A DNA stretch of 33,496 nt from Octopus sinensis (Eukaryota). Location: contig NW_021832029.1 in assembly GCF_006345805.1 (NCBI RefSeq), forward strand, positions 1-33,496, given 5' to 3'. This document shows positions 12,006 to 23,830 of the stretch, in pieces. Within the stretch, counting starts at the first letter, position 1; each line of letters opens with the position of its first letter. A program made the position numbers and the translations under genes. The notes beneath the pieces are model-generated. The model saw only the letters and a list, made by a program, of their open reading frames with translations. It did no database searches and was not told the origin of the DNA.

Positions 12006-12727
12006 TATATATATATCGAGAAAAAGTCATCGTAATTTTGAGAAAAAATCCTTTTATTTCTTCATTATTAATAGCGCTTTCGTTCCTTTCTAGAACTTGT
12101 CAAATAAAATTTTTCTTGATGCACCAACAACTTGTTCATTTAAATAAAACAGATGTGTTTTGTGGGGTTTATTTAAAACAGAACATTTTTGTTTTTTGGG
12201 GTGGGGGTCTATGACAATGGAGATGGATAGATAGACATATAGGTACATCACAACTAACACCCTATATATATATATGCATGCATGTATATATATATATATA
12301 TATGCATACATACGCACATATATATATATACTGCATACACATAAATACATACACATATATGCATATACAAATACATATATACATATACACAAGTACATAT
12401 GCATATACATACATATACAACTACATGAGGGCTGTTGCCGTTTTTTTGCTCCGTCTTCCTTTTCTTTTCTTCGCTGAGCATCTGCTAATACTTTGCATGC
12501 ACCACGTTCTTGCGTTGTTGATTTTTTCTCGTATTTATTTCTCTGGTCTTTTTTGTGGGGTGGGATTTACTATATATATATATACATACGTGTATACATG
12601 CATACATATATATATATACATACAGGCATGCATACATGCATACATACATACATACATACATGCATATACATGTACATATATACATATATACACTTACATA
12701 CATATATATTTATGTGTGTGTATATAA

Positions 12728-13172
12728 GGCGCGGGAGTGGCTGTGTGGTAGGAAGAAGCTCACTTCCCAACCACGGGTTCCAGGTCAGTCCCACTGCGCT
12801 GCAACTTGGGCAAGTGTCATTTACTATAACCTCGGGCCGGCCAAGGTCTTGTGAGTAGATTTGGTACACGGAAACTGAAAGAAGCTCGTCGTATATATAT
12901 ATATACATACATATGTGTGTGTGTGTATATGTGTGTGGTATGTGTGCATGTATGTATGTATGTATGTATTTGTGTGCTTTTGTTTGTCCCCTCACCATCG
13001 CTCGACAACCGATGCAGGTGGCTTTACGTCCCCGTAAATTGGCGGTTCGGCAAAAAGAGACTGATAGAATAAACACTAGGCTTACAAGGAATAAGTCCTG
13101 GGGTTGATGTGTTCGACTGAAGACAGTGATCCAGTATGGCCGGCGTCAAATTACTAAAACAGATAAAAGAAT
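12728..13172 (+). mobile_element. Full-length CORE-type (OR2-like) SINE
   Basis: Colinear with 11569-12005 from head to tail. Confidence 0.9.
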
Positions 13173-13522
13173 ATAAGAACAATGCATGAATATACGAACA
13201 TGAAATTCTGTCGCGTTCGCACTTAGACGCAGAAACCTCCCTTGAGTAATTTTCCGTTATCCTATATAACGACATTATGGTCGGGTGTACAAGTGCCAGT
13301 TCGTATAAATCGAACCGTAGACTCCACTACATGTTGTCTGATATTCAATACCCTCTCGATTCTGTTATCTCCAATCTGCAATGTAGCTGGGTGAACGCCA
13401 GCCAACAATATTTTGGTTTGTTGTGACAAATTTCTGATATTCATTTCTGTTTTACTTTCTGTGATCGAATATATTTTCGAAAAAAATATTTTTCTTACAC
13501 TTTTTCTCCATTTAAATACGCT

Positions 13523-13524
<2 letters not shown>

Positions 13525-13590
<66 letters not shown>
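13525..13590. repeat. (CT)n microsatellite
   Basis: Pure run. Confidence 0.95.
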
Positions 13591-13593
<3 letters not shown>

Positions 13594-14186
13594 TTGTTTC
13601 TTTATCTCTTAATTACACACGCTGTCTCTTCTCCCTCACCCTCGCTATCTAACAATCTATCTCTCTATATCTTTCTCGCTATCTCTATAACTATCTCTTA
13701 TCTAAATATCTATTTCTACAACGGTATCAGTATTCATATCTGTTTGTTTTTCCACCATATTGCTATGGCGTCAATTTCTGATGCACGTTATTCCTATTGT
13801 TAGTGTTCTGTTCTTAACAGATTTCAACGAGTAAAAAGCAAGAAAAATAAAACAAAACAAAACAGAAAAAATTCATATTTCACGCCTTATTTGGTAATTA
13901 TATATTTATTATTTTATTATTGTTATTGCAGTTTTGTTTTTTTGGCTAATTTTATATTATATTTTATATTAGTTTTATTTGATTTAGAGTTTTTAGCAGT
14001 CATCTTGGAACTAACAACGACGAACATACCCCATCGTGGCTAAAAACATCTGTTGTTAAATAATTCTAGAATGAAACACACAAATAGACAAACGTAAATA
14101 CGGACTCAAGCGTACGCACGGATATATTAGAACAGACATATAAACATAGTATACGTGTGTGTGATTATATATATATATGTATATAC

Positions 14187-14259
<73 letters not shown>

Positions 14260-14279
14260 CTATATATATATATATATAA

Positions 14280-14880
14280 GTTCATCAAAAATTTAGATTC
14301 AGATGAATATGGTACTTAAGTTAAAGGTACCAGAATTTGGTATGGATTATCCATATAAATCAAATTGGGTGATTATAATCAAAATAAGCAACAAGGATAT
14401 CCAAAGGTAGTGTAGTACAATCGTTTCATACTACTTAATTTTATTAAACAATGTAAGTATTACATCAGTTTTAAAATGTATACCACTCTTCAGCCACATA
14501 TGGAAATTTAAAATTAAATTGACAAGATTCATTTTTATATTTATTCCATTTGCCAACATTACAAAGAGGGTAGGTATATAGACAGACAGGTGAATTTCAT
14601 CAGTAAAAACATGGTAGTAGAAGATCTTTACTCATGGGCAGATATTTTATCACTGAGTTCACTTTGTTATTTAGATTTACCAATGGGGAGGGGGTCTTCT
14701 ATTAAGTTCAATGGAGACAATCAAGAATTTTTCTAATTATAGATGGAGGAAGTGGCAGTTTAAATGGCAGAGCCATAATCCAACCCTTTTGTGAGGAATT
14801 TAACTTTGACACATTTGAGTGTATTTTAGCTAAAGTTAGTAGGCTGAAGCTAGTGGGGTAGGGAGAATAGAGACTTCTAA
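14280..14880 (-). mobile_element. Possible decayed Penelope-like element 3' region (GIY-YIG C-terminus plus terminal repeat)
   Basis: Broken frames KSLFSLPH / AKYT..IPHK / GWIMA.PF / LVNLNNKVNSVIKYLPMSKDLL resemble the PLE endonuclease C-terminus (HKSSF..TxLSKYIW..IPxxIKWSI..LNKRNELxSKCRHxxKxLL); GAAACGATTGTA motif downstream, then (TA)n. Weak, by-eye match. Confidence 0.4.
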
Positions 14881-15162
14881 TGCCCTCGACTTACTCGACC
14901 GAACTATCATTTTCTTTTATTTGTTTCTGCCATTGGATGCAGCCACGCAGGAGCACTGCCTTGCAAGGTTTTTTTTTGTCTGAAAAATGAAAGCCAGTGC
15001 TTATATTTTATGTTTATGGTTGCCACTAACTTTATTGGTCCCTTTTACCGAAGCGATAGCTTACGGTTTCATAAACAAACCAACACCGAAGCGGTGCGAG
15101 GAGAAAGACACAAAGACACACACACAAACATACATACATACATACATACATACATACATACA

Positions 15163-15198
<36 letters not shown>

Positions 15199-15302
15199 TA
15201 CATATATATATATATAATATAATATAATATAAATAGTATATAACTATATACATATATACATACATATATGCACATACCTACATATATATGTATATATATA
15301 TA

Positions 15303-15455
15303 TGGATATATGGGTACAGTACATAAAAAACCTGAACAAAATAAGAAACGAGAACATGAATAAGAAAAACATAGAAAACGAACATTTTTCGAACAACGAA
15401 AGAAACAGAGAAACGAGACATGCAACATAAATAACTTTCCCTTCATCAGTTGTTC
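15303..15455 (-). mobile_element. Second copy of the 4963-5140 repeat
   Basis: Pairwise alignment as described for 4963; 3' end abuts (TA)n. Confidence 0.75.
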
Positions 15456-15797
15456 CCTGTTTTATCTACTCCGCTTTTCGAAGGTAGGGACAAATATATA
15501 TATATATGTGTGTGTGTGTATGTGTGTGTGCGTGTATACATATATGATTAGAAAAAGGAGAAACCACAGATTAAAAAACACATCAATTGGACCACATTTA
15601 TAGCTTATTTTTTAATACAAAGCACGATATAAAATAGGTGACGTAACATATCTTACGGCTGTTTCTGATCGGTTACCAAAATGGTGTCTATAAATAAATG
15701 CGAGAATAAAGTTTTTCATCTTAATAGGGCATTCGATAATATTACGGATATTTTATCCCTTAGTCGGTTATTATAACCGCTAACTCTATTTACAATT

Positions 15798-15835
<38 letters not shown>

Positions 15836-16066
15836 GGATTTAACATAAACCGAAAAATTTAACAAGAACACACCAAAATGAAAATTTAACAAAAACCATA
15901 GCAAACGAAAAATTCGTAGCTAATTTCTCATTAGTCAACATCCGAAAGATCATAACACTCCGGTGGCGCCAGTTGCAAAAAGCCAATGGGAATAGTTAAC
16001 GAACGTACAAGACATTGACGTAAAGAAATATTACAAACTAAACTAATTATCATAATTAAACGTATA

Positions 16067-16850
16067 CTGGTTGAATTACCCGACGTTGCCCGGGTTACTG
16101 TTGTCCTTGTTCAGATTAGTAATCAATAAATATGAAGATATATTTGTTTTTCTCACAATGATTTCAAAATATCTATATTTTATTTTAAAATCTTCAAATT
16201 GTAATGATAATAGAACTTAGAACTGAAAATCAATCAATTTTGAAGCACCTCGCTGTAAACAATATCTGTTGTGTAATTTTGTTTTTTGGTGTCCAAATGA
16301 ATGAATTGTTGCTGCTTCCAACTCGTGAGCCACGAACATTTGGTCGTGGGAGAAGCATGTAGTAGAGAGATGAAGTCCAACTATCTGGAAATACCAAAAC
16401 TTAGTTTGACTGGAAACTGAAGCCTTTTAAATTCAAATGGAACATCTGTAGGTATGAGAGAAAATTTTGGAATAAAGGCATTCTCTTTTTTGTGACTACC
16501 ATTATGATTATTGCTTGTAGGAAATGGGGTTCCATGGAAGTAACAATTGAGTCCCATTACCCATGTGAGTTGGGTCAAGATTCCTAAAGAACATAATGGA
16601 AGCATCCAGCTTTAGAGTCAAGTTATGCGGTGACATCCCAGTGGGTTTGAGTGTGTTCAGAAATTCAGCAGGGTATTGAACAGCCTGATCTCGATCGACT
16701 GTTGTCAGTTGATGATCGAAAAGTCAATTCTGATGTATCTGTTAATTTTTGAAGAAGTTCATGATTGAGTTTATTAACCATTTCATGAGTTCGAGCCCGT
16801 ATAGCTCTTTCAAATAGCCAGATGGCATCAGTGTAATTGGCAATCACATA
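16067..16850 (-). mobile_element. Helitron 3' remnant: PIF1-family helicase C-terminus (pseudogenised) plus 3' hairpin and terminus
   Basis: NYTDAIWLFERAI; QAVQYPAEFLNTLKPTGMSPHNLTLKL..FRNLDP..NGT; FIPKFSLIPTDVPFEFKRLQFPVKLSF; GLHL..CFSHDQMFVA.RVGS..DIVYSEVLQN*; then hairpin ACCCGG GCAACG TCGGGT and CCAG|T (CTAG-like) at 16067-16070. Confidence 0.9.
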
Positions 16851-16877
16851 CACTCACACATACATACACTCTCACAT

Positions 16878-17261
16878 GGATGGAAGCACTCCGTCGGTTA
16901 CGACGATGAGGGTTCCGGTTGATCCGAATCAACGGAACAGCCTGCTCGTGAAATTAACGTGTAAGTGGCTGAGCACTCCACAGACACGTGCACCCTTAAC
17001 GTAGTTCTCGGGGATATTCAGCGTGACACAGAGGGTGACAAGGCCGGCCCCTTGAAATACAGGTACATCAGAAACAGGAAGTAAGAGTGAGAGAAAGTTG
17101 TGGTGAAAGAGTACAGCAGGATCACCACCATCCCCTGCCGTAGCCTCGTGGAGCTTTTATGTTTTCGCTCAATAAACACTCACAACGCCCGGTCTGGGAA
17201 TCGAAACCGCGATCCTATAACCGCGAGTCCACTGCCTTAACCACTGGGCCATTGCGCCTCC
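16878..17261 (-). mobile_element. Full-length tRNA-derived SINE (third family) with 12-bp target-site duplication
   Basis: A box TGGCCCAGTGG, B box GGTTTCGATTCCC; ACACTCTCACAT at 16866-16877 and 17262-17273. Confidence 0.9.
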
Positions 17262-18719
17262 ACACTCTCACATACACTCACATACATAAAGGAAGATAGA
17301 CACACAGACATACATTTACGTTACGAACGCGCAAACACGCACACACACTGACAGACACATACACACTCATATATAAAATGTGTCGTCGTGGTACAAAACG
17401 TCGTATACTATAGTTGACTATAGAAAGATTATTTTCGAGAAAATGTTATATTGTTGTAATCCAAACGAAAATAAAAATTACATGTTAACACTCGCGTGGT
17501 CTAATACTATTACCTTCCAAAATTTGATATGACTTGGTAAAGCCGTTTGAAAATGCAGAGGGAACAGACAAGGAATTTTATATATATAAAAATAACAAAA
17601 AATAACATGCAGCTACCAGACAGATCACTTTCACGTGTAGCACAACATGTGCCTGCCTAGACAATGTCGATTTGATGAGGGAAGTGATCTCAAGAATAGT
17701 ACAATCAGTTGATCGATATAAACAAATCTTATGTAGATCGTCAACCCACATGTAGCGGAACCCTCGTCAGTCGTGTACAGCGGGAGGGAAGATGTCACTA
17801 CGCCTAGGGTGACGGTTCCTTTACGATAAGGAGTAGACGTGATTGTTTATGGCTACAACCTTCATATTACTATCCTACTACACAGTTACTGCTATGTCCT
17901 CTTGGAATATTTTAGCTTTGTAAATTAAAAACTAATTTTTAGCTTAAAATTGTTTTGGTGACGGCAAAGAGAATCGATCATATGTTTTTTGTTGAGAAGT
18001 TTCTACCTTTCATTTCCCGAAACCTATTGTGGACCAGGAGTGCCACTAAATAATTATTGCACATATTATGTTTAGACTTCTCCCTTTCAGGTTCGAAATG
18101 CGCCGCGATGAGCACGTGGTATTCCTTTTCGATGAAATTCTTATGTTTCATTCCCTGGCTCTGAATGTTCCATTTGCTGCGCCGATATTATCTATGTTAG
18201 TGTTTTCTATTTCGGATTCATTCTCTTTGCACTGCTGGAGCTTAAAAATACTTTTAAACGACAGACAGGAATGATCTAGATCTGGAATGAAAACATCTAT
18301 ATTCAGTCGTAGGTTGTTGACCACTTGATATTTCGATATTAATATATCAGATCGGTAATTTTGATTCTGCTTGAAACGGTAGCTAACTTTTATATTGATC
18401 TATTGATCTTATTAAAGACTGTGTGCTACTTGAGGCAGATTCGGAAATGTTGAATTTCCTTTTAGCTCTTCATTACAGGATGGTTCAACCAAGTAAAATA
18501 TTATTTTACCACGGGATAGTGCTGACATTCTCCTGCTTCCTTTATTGATTAGATTTTGTATTACTGAAGGCAGGTATTGGTGAGTAGATAGAGTGTCCGT
18601 TTATAAATATAATTGCGAATTTATATTTTGTTTTCCCTTTTTGTTAATTATTTTACCAATGTAACGTTTAGTGTTATACCTAGAAAACTGCGCATCAATG
18701 TATTGGTTGAAGTCCTTGA

Positions 18720-18775
18720 AAGCATTTAAGTTTGTCCGTCGTGCGAGCGACTCTGCCACCTCTCCGCCTTACTAT
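18720..18775 (-). mobile_element. Degenerate Meta-type SINE head
   Basis: Reverse complement TAAGGCGGAGAGGTGGCAGAGTCGCTCGCACGACGGAC resembles the head of 6611-6851. Confidence 0.45.
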
Positions 18776-18899
18776 TCTACAAATGATGTCTTTATGACAA
18801 AGCATCAACGTCTGTCATCCATGGAAACACAAAGATCTCCATATCTGTTGATAAAAAAGGGGGAAATGCACTTCGCAGAGACCCCTTAGAAAGCTACCC

Positions 18900-19520
18900 C
18901 GCAAAACCTCTCCCGAGCAAAACTGTAAAATTAGGTAAAAAAAATAATAACAAAACTCCAGTCCCCAACTATTACAATGTATTTTTTATTACAATGTAAT
19001 CAGTTTGAAAGCAAATATCAACCACCAGTTTACAGATGAAACAGAGTTCTTTAGTCATTCGTCAAGCCTACATCCTCTTGAAAGCCCAGGAAACCAATTT
19101 CGTAGCCGACCCTTAAATATGGACGAATTTGATCAAGAAAAATAATGAACTGAGTGTAGTTAGCAAAATCATTCTAGCAAAACATCAACGACAAAATCAA
19201 TCAAGCAGCAAATTTAATGCAGTGGAACAACTTCAAAATTGTAACCGAACTGTTTAAAAGGAAATATCACATAAATTTACTCAGTTCGACAAACAAAATT
19301 TCACTCATTAATTGGAAAACACATTTCATGTATTAAACATAACATAGCCAGCAACTTCAAGAGGTATGAAAATGCGTCCGAGAATCACTTCTGTCCTCTG
19401 ATGATTGTTAACGAAGAGATGAAGAAGATAACGAACGAGTTTTTCGATGTTAGTACGGATACATATAACAGGGTTGAGATGACGTAAAATGACGCAAAAA
19501 TGATGGTCAGCCAGCTTTTC
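18900..19520 (+). pseudogene. Decayed Penelope-like reverse transcriptase fragment
   Basis: QAYILLKAQETNFVADP*..NELSVVSKIIL / NINDKINQAANLMQWNN / KFTQFDKQNF / CVRESLL / FFDVSTDTY follow the order of PLE RT motifs AFITLKDHKxNF..SELGxISKxIL..INxxIR...NQWxN..FIQFDIxxFY..CRKSLL..FDVTMGSY; many stops and frameshifts. Confidence 0.75.
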
Positions 19521-19858
19521 CACTAATACATTTAGTATACTAATACAATTAAGTGTATTGAAAAACTGTTTTTTCTGCATTTTGCTGGGAAGCAATCGTA
19601 GTTGCAGTTTTTCTCCATAGCAGTTTACCCTCAAAGAGAAAAGATTTCAGAGGCGAAGTCTTGGAAAAATCAAATAATTGAACCATGCTTTGGAATCACA
19701 ACAAAGCAATATCGTGTGAGAGCACTTTCAGGAAAGACACACACACACACACACACACGGACGAACGAATGCCCGCACGCATATACATACGTATAGTTAC
19801 ACACACATATATATATACATACATACATATACACACACACACACACACAACACACACA

Positions 19859-19900
<42 letters not shown>

Positions 19901-19962
19901 GCGCGCACACACATATATATATATATATACTGTTGTGCCTGGGGAGAGTCATTCTCTTTTAC

Positions 19963-20060
19963 TGACTTATAATTTAACACACTCAGCGGTAAAATTTCCA
20001 CATTTCTTTTTTATTTTTCTAAAATCTTCGTTGCGTCTTGCAACCTTTTTAATAGTTTTG

Positions 20061-20133
<73 letters not shown>

Positions 20134-20143
20134 GGATAGATAT

Positions 20144-20197
<54 letters not shown>

Positions 20198-20313
20198 GAT
20201 AGATAGATAGATAGACAGATAGATATAGATATATATATACGTATATGCGTATCTATATATATATATATTAACATATATATATATATATATATGCGTGTGT
20301 GTGTGTGTGTGTG

Positions 20314-20345
<32 letters not shown>

Positions 20346-20524
20346 AGTATGTATATATGTATAGATGGATGGATGGAGGGTGAGATGGATTTGTGGATGG
20401 ATGAATAAATAGATATATGTAAATTTATAGTAGTTTTGAAAAGATTACAAGACGCAACGAAAATTTTAGAAAAATATAAAAAGAAATAAGCGCAAATTTT
20501 ATCGGTGAGTTAAATTATAAGTCA
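19963..20524. repeat. About 90-bp diverged inverted repeats enclosing about 380 bp of microsatellites
   Basis: TGACTTATAATTTAA...TAAAATTT...TTTTCTAAAAT.TTCGTTGCGTCTTG at 19963-20052 and reverse complement at 20435-20524, roughly 80-85% identical by eye. Confidence 0.8.
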
Positions 20525-20573
20525 ACAACACACGAACTCACATAAAGAATCTTGCAAAATAAATCCCAAAACG

Positions 20574-20612
<39 letters not shown>

Positions 20613-20615
<3 letters not shown>

Positions 20616-20661
20616 CATCTAGTTTCAGCTCACGAGCTGTAGCCATGCTGAGGCACCGCCA
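20613..20661 (-). mobile_element. 49-bp retroposon 3'-tail unit in (TA)n
   Basis: 46/49 identical to 31323-31371; shares GGCGGTGC.CCAGCATGG with CORE-SINE tails. Confidence 0.8.
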
Positions 20662-20779
20662 TTCATATATATATATAATATATATACGTGTTTCTGACGT
20701 GAATTTGCTACCCAGGTTTCGGTTAAACGAATTTTCCATGCTGACGATAAACATAGATAATTCATTCACCTACTTAAAT

Positions 20780-20945
20780 ATTCTTATATCCGTGTTTCTT
20801 TTCTGTGTATCTTTCTGTCGAGGAGCGTAGGCTCGAAACGTAAAAGACTTGTTTTATTTATATTCCTGAGCGCCATACTAATACAATTGTTTGTTTGTAC
20901 TCCACCTGCCTTCGTCTTTTGTTTATTTTCATAAAGCTTCCCGTT
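20780..20945 (+). mobile_element. Hammerhead-bearing element, CUGUCGA family, copy 1
   Basis: Aligns with 23432-23600 and 29436-29610 (both minus); 3' end abuts (TA)n. Confidence 0.8.
20810..20847 (+). ncRNA. Minimal type I hammerhead-like motif with A6U core
   Basis: TCTTT-CTGTCGA-G-GAGC GTAG GCTC-GAAAC-GT-A-AAAGA: perfect 5-bp stem I, 4-bp stem II, ACGT palindrome, GUA triplet. Confidence 0.65.
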
Positions 20946-20961
20946 ATATATATATATTAAC

Positions 20962-21052
<91 letters not shown>

Positions 21053-21705
21053 TATATATACACACACATACATATATATTGATAGATAGATATATAGATA
21101 GATAGATACCTACAAATATATATATACACACATAAGCATATGTATACATGCATATATAAGTGTGTGAGTGTGTTTGTATGTGCATGTGTGTGTTTGTACA
21201 TGTGTGTAGTAGTACTGCGCATGCGGGTGTTTTGTGCACTATGTACGGTAGTTTATTTCAATACAAGCAAAACTTTCCTGGTGTTACGTTAGATCTTAAG
21301 GTAAAAATTATATGTGGTTATCAAGAAATGGCTTAAGTTTGAGCCTTACTGTTTAAAGGGAAACAAAGAATTGCTTATAAACACCAAACAACATGGTTTC
21401 GTTTTTGCTTTCTTTCTTTATAGATATGTATGTATGGATGGATGGATGGATGGATAGATTTGTGGACGAATGGATAAATAGATATTTATATATAAATTTT
21501 TAGTATATTTCAGTGACTCCTAATATATATCTAGACGCGTATATATCTAAAATCAATATTGATATTTGCTCTGGAGCAAATTTTGTTTCATAATTCCGTG
21601 TTTCATGTGAAATCTTATCAGATGTATAATTATAAACCGAAATTACAAAGAAACAGTGTACATATATGCAGGTGCTTTACCGGCGAACTACCAGGTGTAC
21701 ATATA

Positions 21706-21775
21706 TCTATATATATAAAACTCAACTTGTGTGTCTGTGTGTGTATCTGTGTGTGTGTCTCTGTGTTTAACTTCC
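21706..21775 (+). mobile_element. Helitron-like 5' end (A|TCTATATATATAAAA...)
   Basis: About 90% identical to 22862-22930; both start TC after a host A. Confidence 0.55.
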
Positions 21776-21989
21776 CGGCACATCTCCTCCTAGCCAACAA
21801 ATGGGTCACTTAAAGTTTAGGTGAATGAAAATTGAACTGCGCTATTTCTGTTCCGAAATTCATCTCGCAAGTGCAAAAATCGATAATGTGTTTGTTTAGG
21901 CCTTATCCCATGCATTGAATAGTGAACTTTACTCAGTCAGCTGTTTGACGTGAACTATGTTTACCACGCGTGCAAACATGCGTATTGTA

Positions 21990-22562
21990 TTGGCATCCTT
22001 TCTGTCTCGGGAGACAATGGAGTTGCGCATTTTTTTTTTCTAGGTCTAGTCCGGCTGTTATATTTTATTTCCTGTTACATTTCTTGCTGTGGCTGTGTAG
22101 TCCTATCCTGGACAAACACTCCCTCTGGCAGGTACTGCAAATGTAGCGAAGACTGTTCCTGGCTGGTTGTAGTGCCATGGTCTCTTGTTTATGTCTCTTC
22201 TTTTCTTTCCATTTCTCCTCTCTCTTCTGTCACTCCTCTGTATACCCTCTTTTACTGTACGTCGCCATTCTCCACGGTTGCCGGCGACTGCCTCCCAACC
22301 GCTAATGTTGATGTTGCAGGCCTTCATATTCCTTTTGCAAAATCCTTGTAACGTAAGATCGGTCTACCCACAGACCTAGTACCCCTAGCAAGCTCTCCGT
22401 AGAGTATGTCCTTGGGGATTCTGCCATCTTTCATACGGCTAACATGCCCAAGCCATCTCATACGTCTTTGTGTGAGGAGTGCAAACATGCTTGGTATTCC
22501 TGCTTGCCTGAGGACATCTTTGTTGGGGATATGATTCTGCCATTTGATGTGGAGGATTTTGC
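21990..22562 (-). mobile_element. RTE-clade LINE 3' fragment (ORF C-terminus, terminal zinc-finger-like motif, 3' UTR)
   Basis: KILHIKWQNHIPNKDVLRQAGIPSMFALLTQRRMRWLGHVSRMKDGRIPKDILYGELARG.RSVGRP.LRYKD, 1-bp frameshift, MKACNIN..WE..A.NR..WR, then YICSTCQRECLSRIGLHSHSKKC*; 3' end GTCTCCCGAGACAGAAAGGATGCCAA. Confidence 0.92.
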
Positions 22563-22861
22563 ATGAAAAATAAAAATGAAGATATAAAAACGAATCGCCG
22601 TAAACATTGTAGAAATTCGGCAAAGAAATGAATTTTCAGGATGTAGCCTGGTGGGTGTTTTCGTATTAATCGTTTGGACTTTGTGAACACATACCAATTG
22701 TTTTCATAACATTTTTAACGCTTCGAATTAAATGTGACCATTTTGCGTTGAGTCTGCCGTTTGAATCACTTTAACCAAATTTTAGCAGACCGGATTTTTG
22801 ATAATCACGATACATCGCCAGCGACTCCCTGAAACTCTCCTCTGAAATCCCCGCTGAGAAA

Positions 22862-22930
22862 TCTATATATATAAAAATCAACATGTGTGTCTGTATGTGT
22901 ATCTGTGTGTGTGTCTGTGTGTTTAACTTT
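22862..22930 (+). mobile_element. Second Helitron-like 5' end
   Basis: Duplicate of 21706-21775. Confidence 0.55.
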
Positions 22931-22981
22931 TGGATCTACCAAGTTTCATTATTAAGGATGGAAAGTAGTGTGTAGCAACTC

Positions 22982-23365
22982 TCTATATATAAAGCTGAAG
23001 TTGTCTGTGTGTGGCAGGTTTGGTAGCCTTCAACTAACACTATCTCCTTCGAGACCCTGCAGCGGAAGTTGACCAAAATTGAGAGTATGATAGACAAATG
23101 CTTGCTCTTCATTCTGTAGAAGATAAAATTCAAATCGGACCATCTTAACACCAACAATTATTTACATCAAAAAGGTGCTTTTTTTCTATGAAAATCCCTA
23201 TTTTTACCGATTTTTGACTGCTGTGTCACCATTTTTCGGTGTATTTCAACTGGAAAAATGTTCACTTAAAGAGAATAACATGTTGCATAATGCAAAATTT
23301 TTACTTTTCAAAAATTCCAATTCTAAAGGGTCGTAACAGACCCAAGCAACACCGGGTGATATTGC

Positions 23366-23368
<3 letters not shown>
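22982..23368 (+). mobile_element. Non-autonomous Helitron
   Basis: 5' TCTATATATAAAG; 3' hairpin ACCC-AAGCAACACC-GGGT at 23340-23357 followed by CTAG|T at 23365-23369. Confidence 0.8.
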
Positions 23369-23423
<55 letters not shown>

Positions 23424-23431
23424 ATATACAT

Positions 23432-23830
23432 AGTGAGAATTTACAAAAAAAAAGACGAAGATGGGTGTGTAAACAACAAACAAATGTATTAGTTTAACGC
23501 TCGGGAAGTGAGAAAGTATTTTACGTTTCGAGCCTACGCTATTCGAGAGAAAGGAACACAGAAATAAACAGGGAGAGAAAATACAAAAAGGTTTAGTGGC
23601 TAGCGATCAATCATGGCGAATGCTGGACAGAGGTGTCACACAGGAGAGCTAGATAAAAGGGGAGATATTAAAGTAGTGGTGATCCCAAAACGAAGTTGCG
23701 CGTACGTGTGTATGTGAGTGTGGAAAGGGGCTGGTAACCTTGACGTGTGCGTGTCTGTATGTGTAGGTGTAAAGATGATAGTGTAGGTACTGGGAAGGGG
23801 TCAGTGCTAGTATGTGCGCTGATATATGTA
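23432..23830 (-). mobile_element. Hammerhead-bearing element, CUGUCGA family, copy 2
   Basis: CCTTT-CTCTCGA-A-TAGC GTAG GCTC-GAAAC-GT-A-AAAT at 23517-23554; flanks align with copy 1 (extent beyond about 23600 is inferred); 3' end at TA/TATG repeat. Confidence 0.75.

Noticed and set aside
15640-15680. GAAAC-AGCC-GTA on the minus strand
   Set aside because: Resembles a hammerhead 3' half, but there is no CUGANGA upstream and no second copy for support.
17170-17261. tRNA-like sequence (also at 11569, 12728 and 6760-6851)
   Set aside because: These are SINE heads with A/B boxes fused to SINE bodies; no complete cloverleaf.
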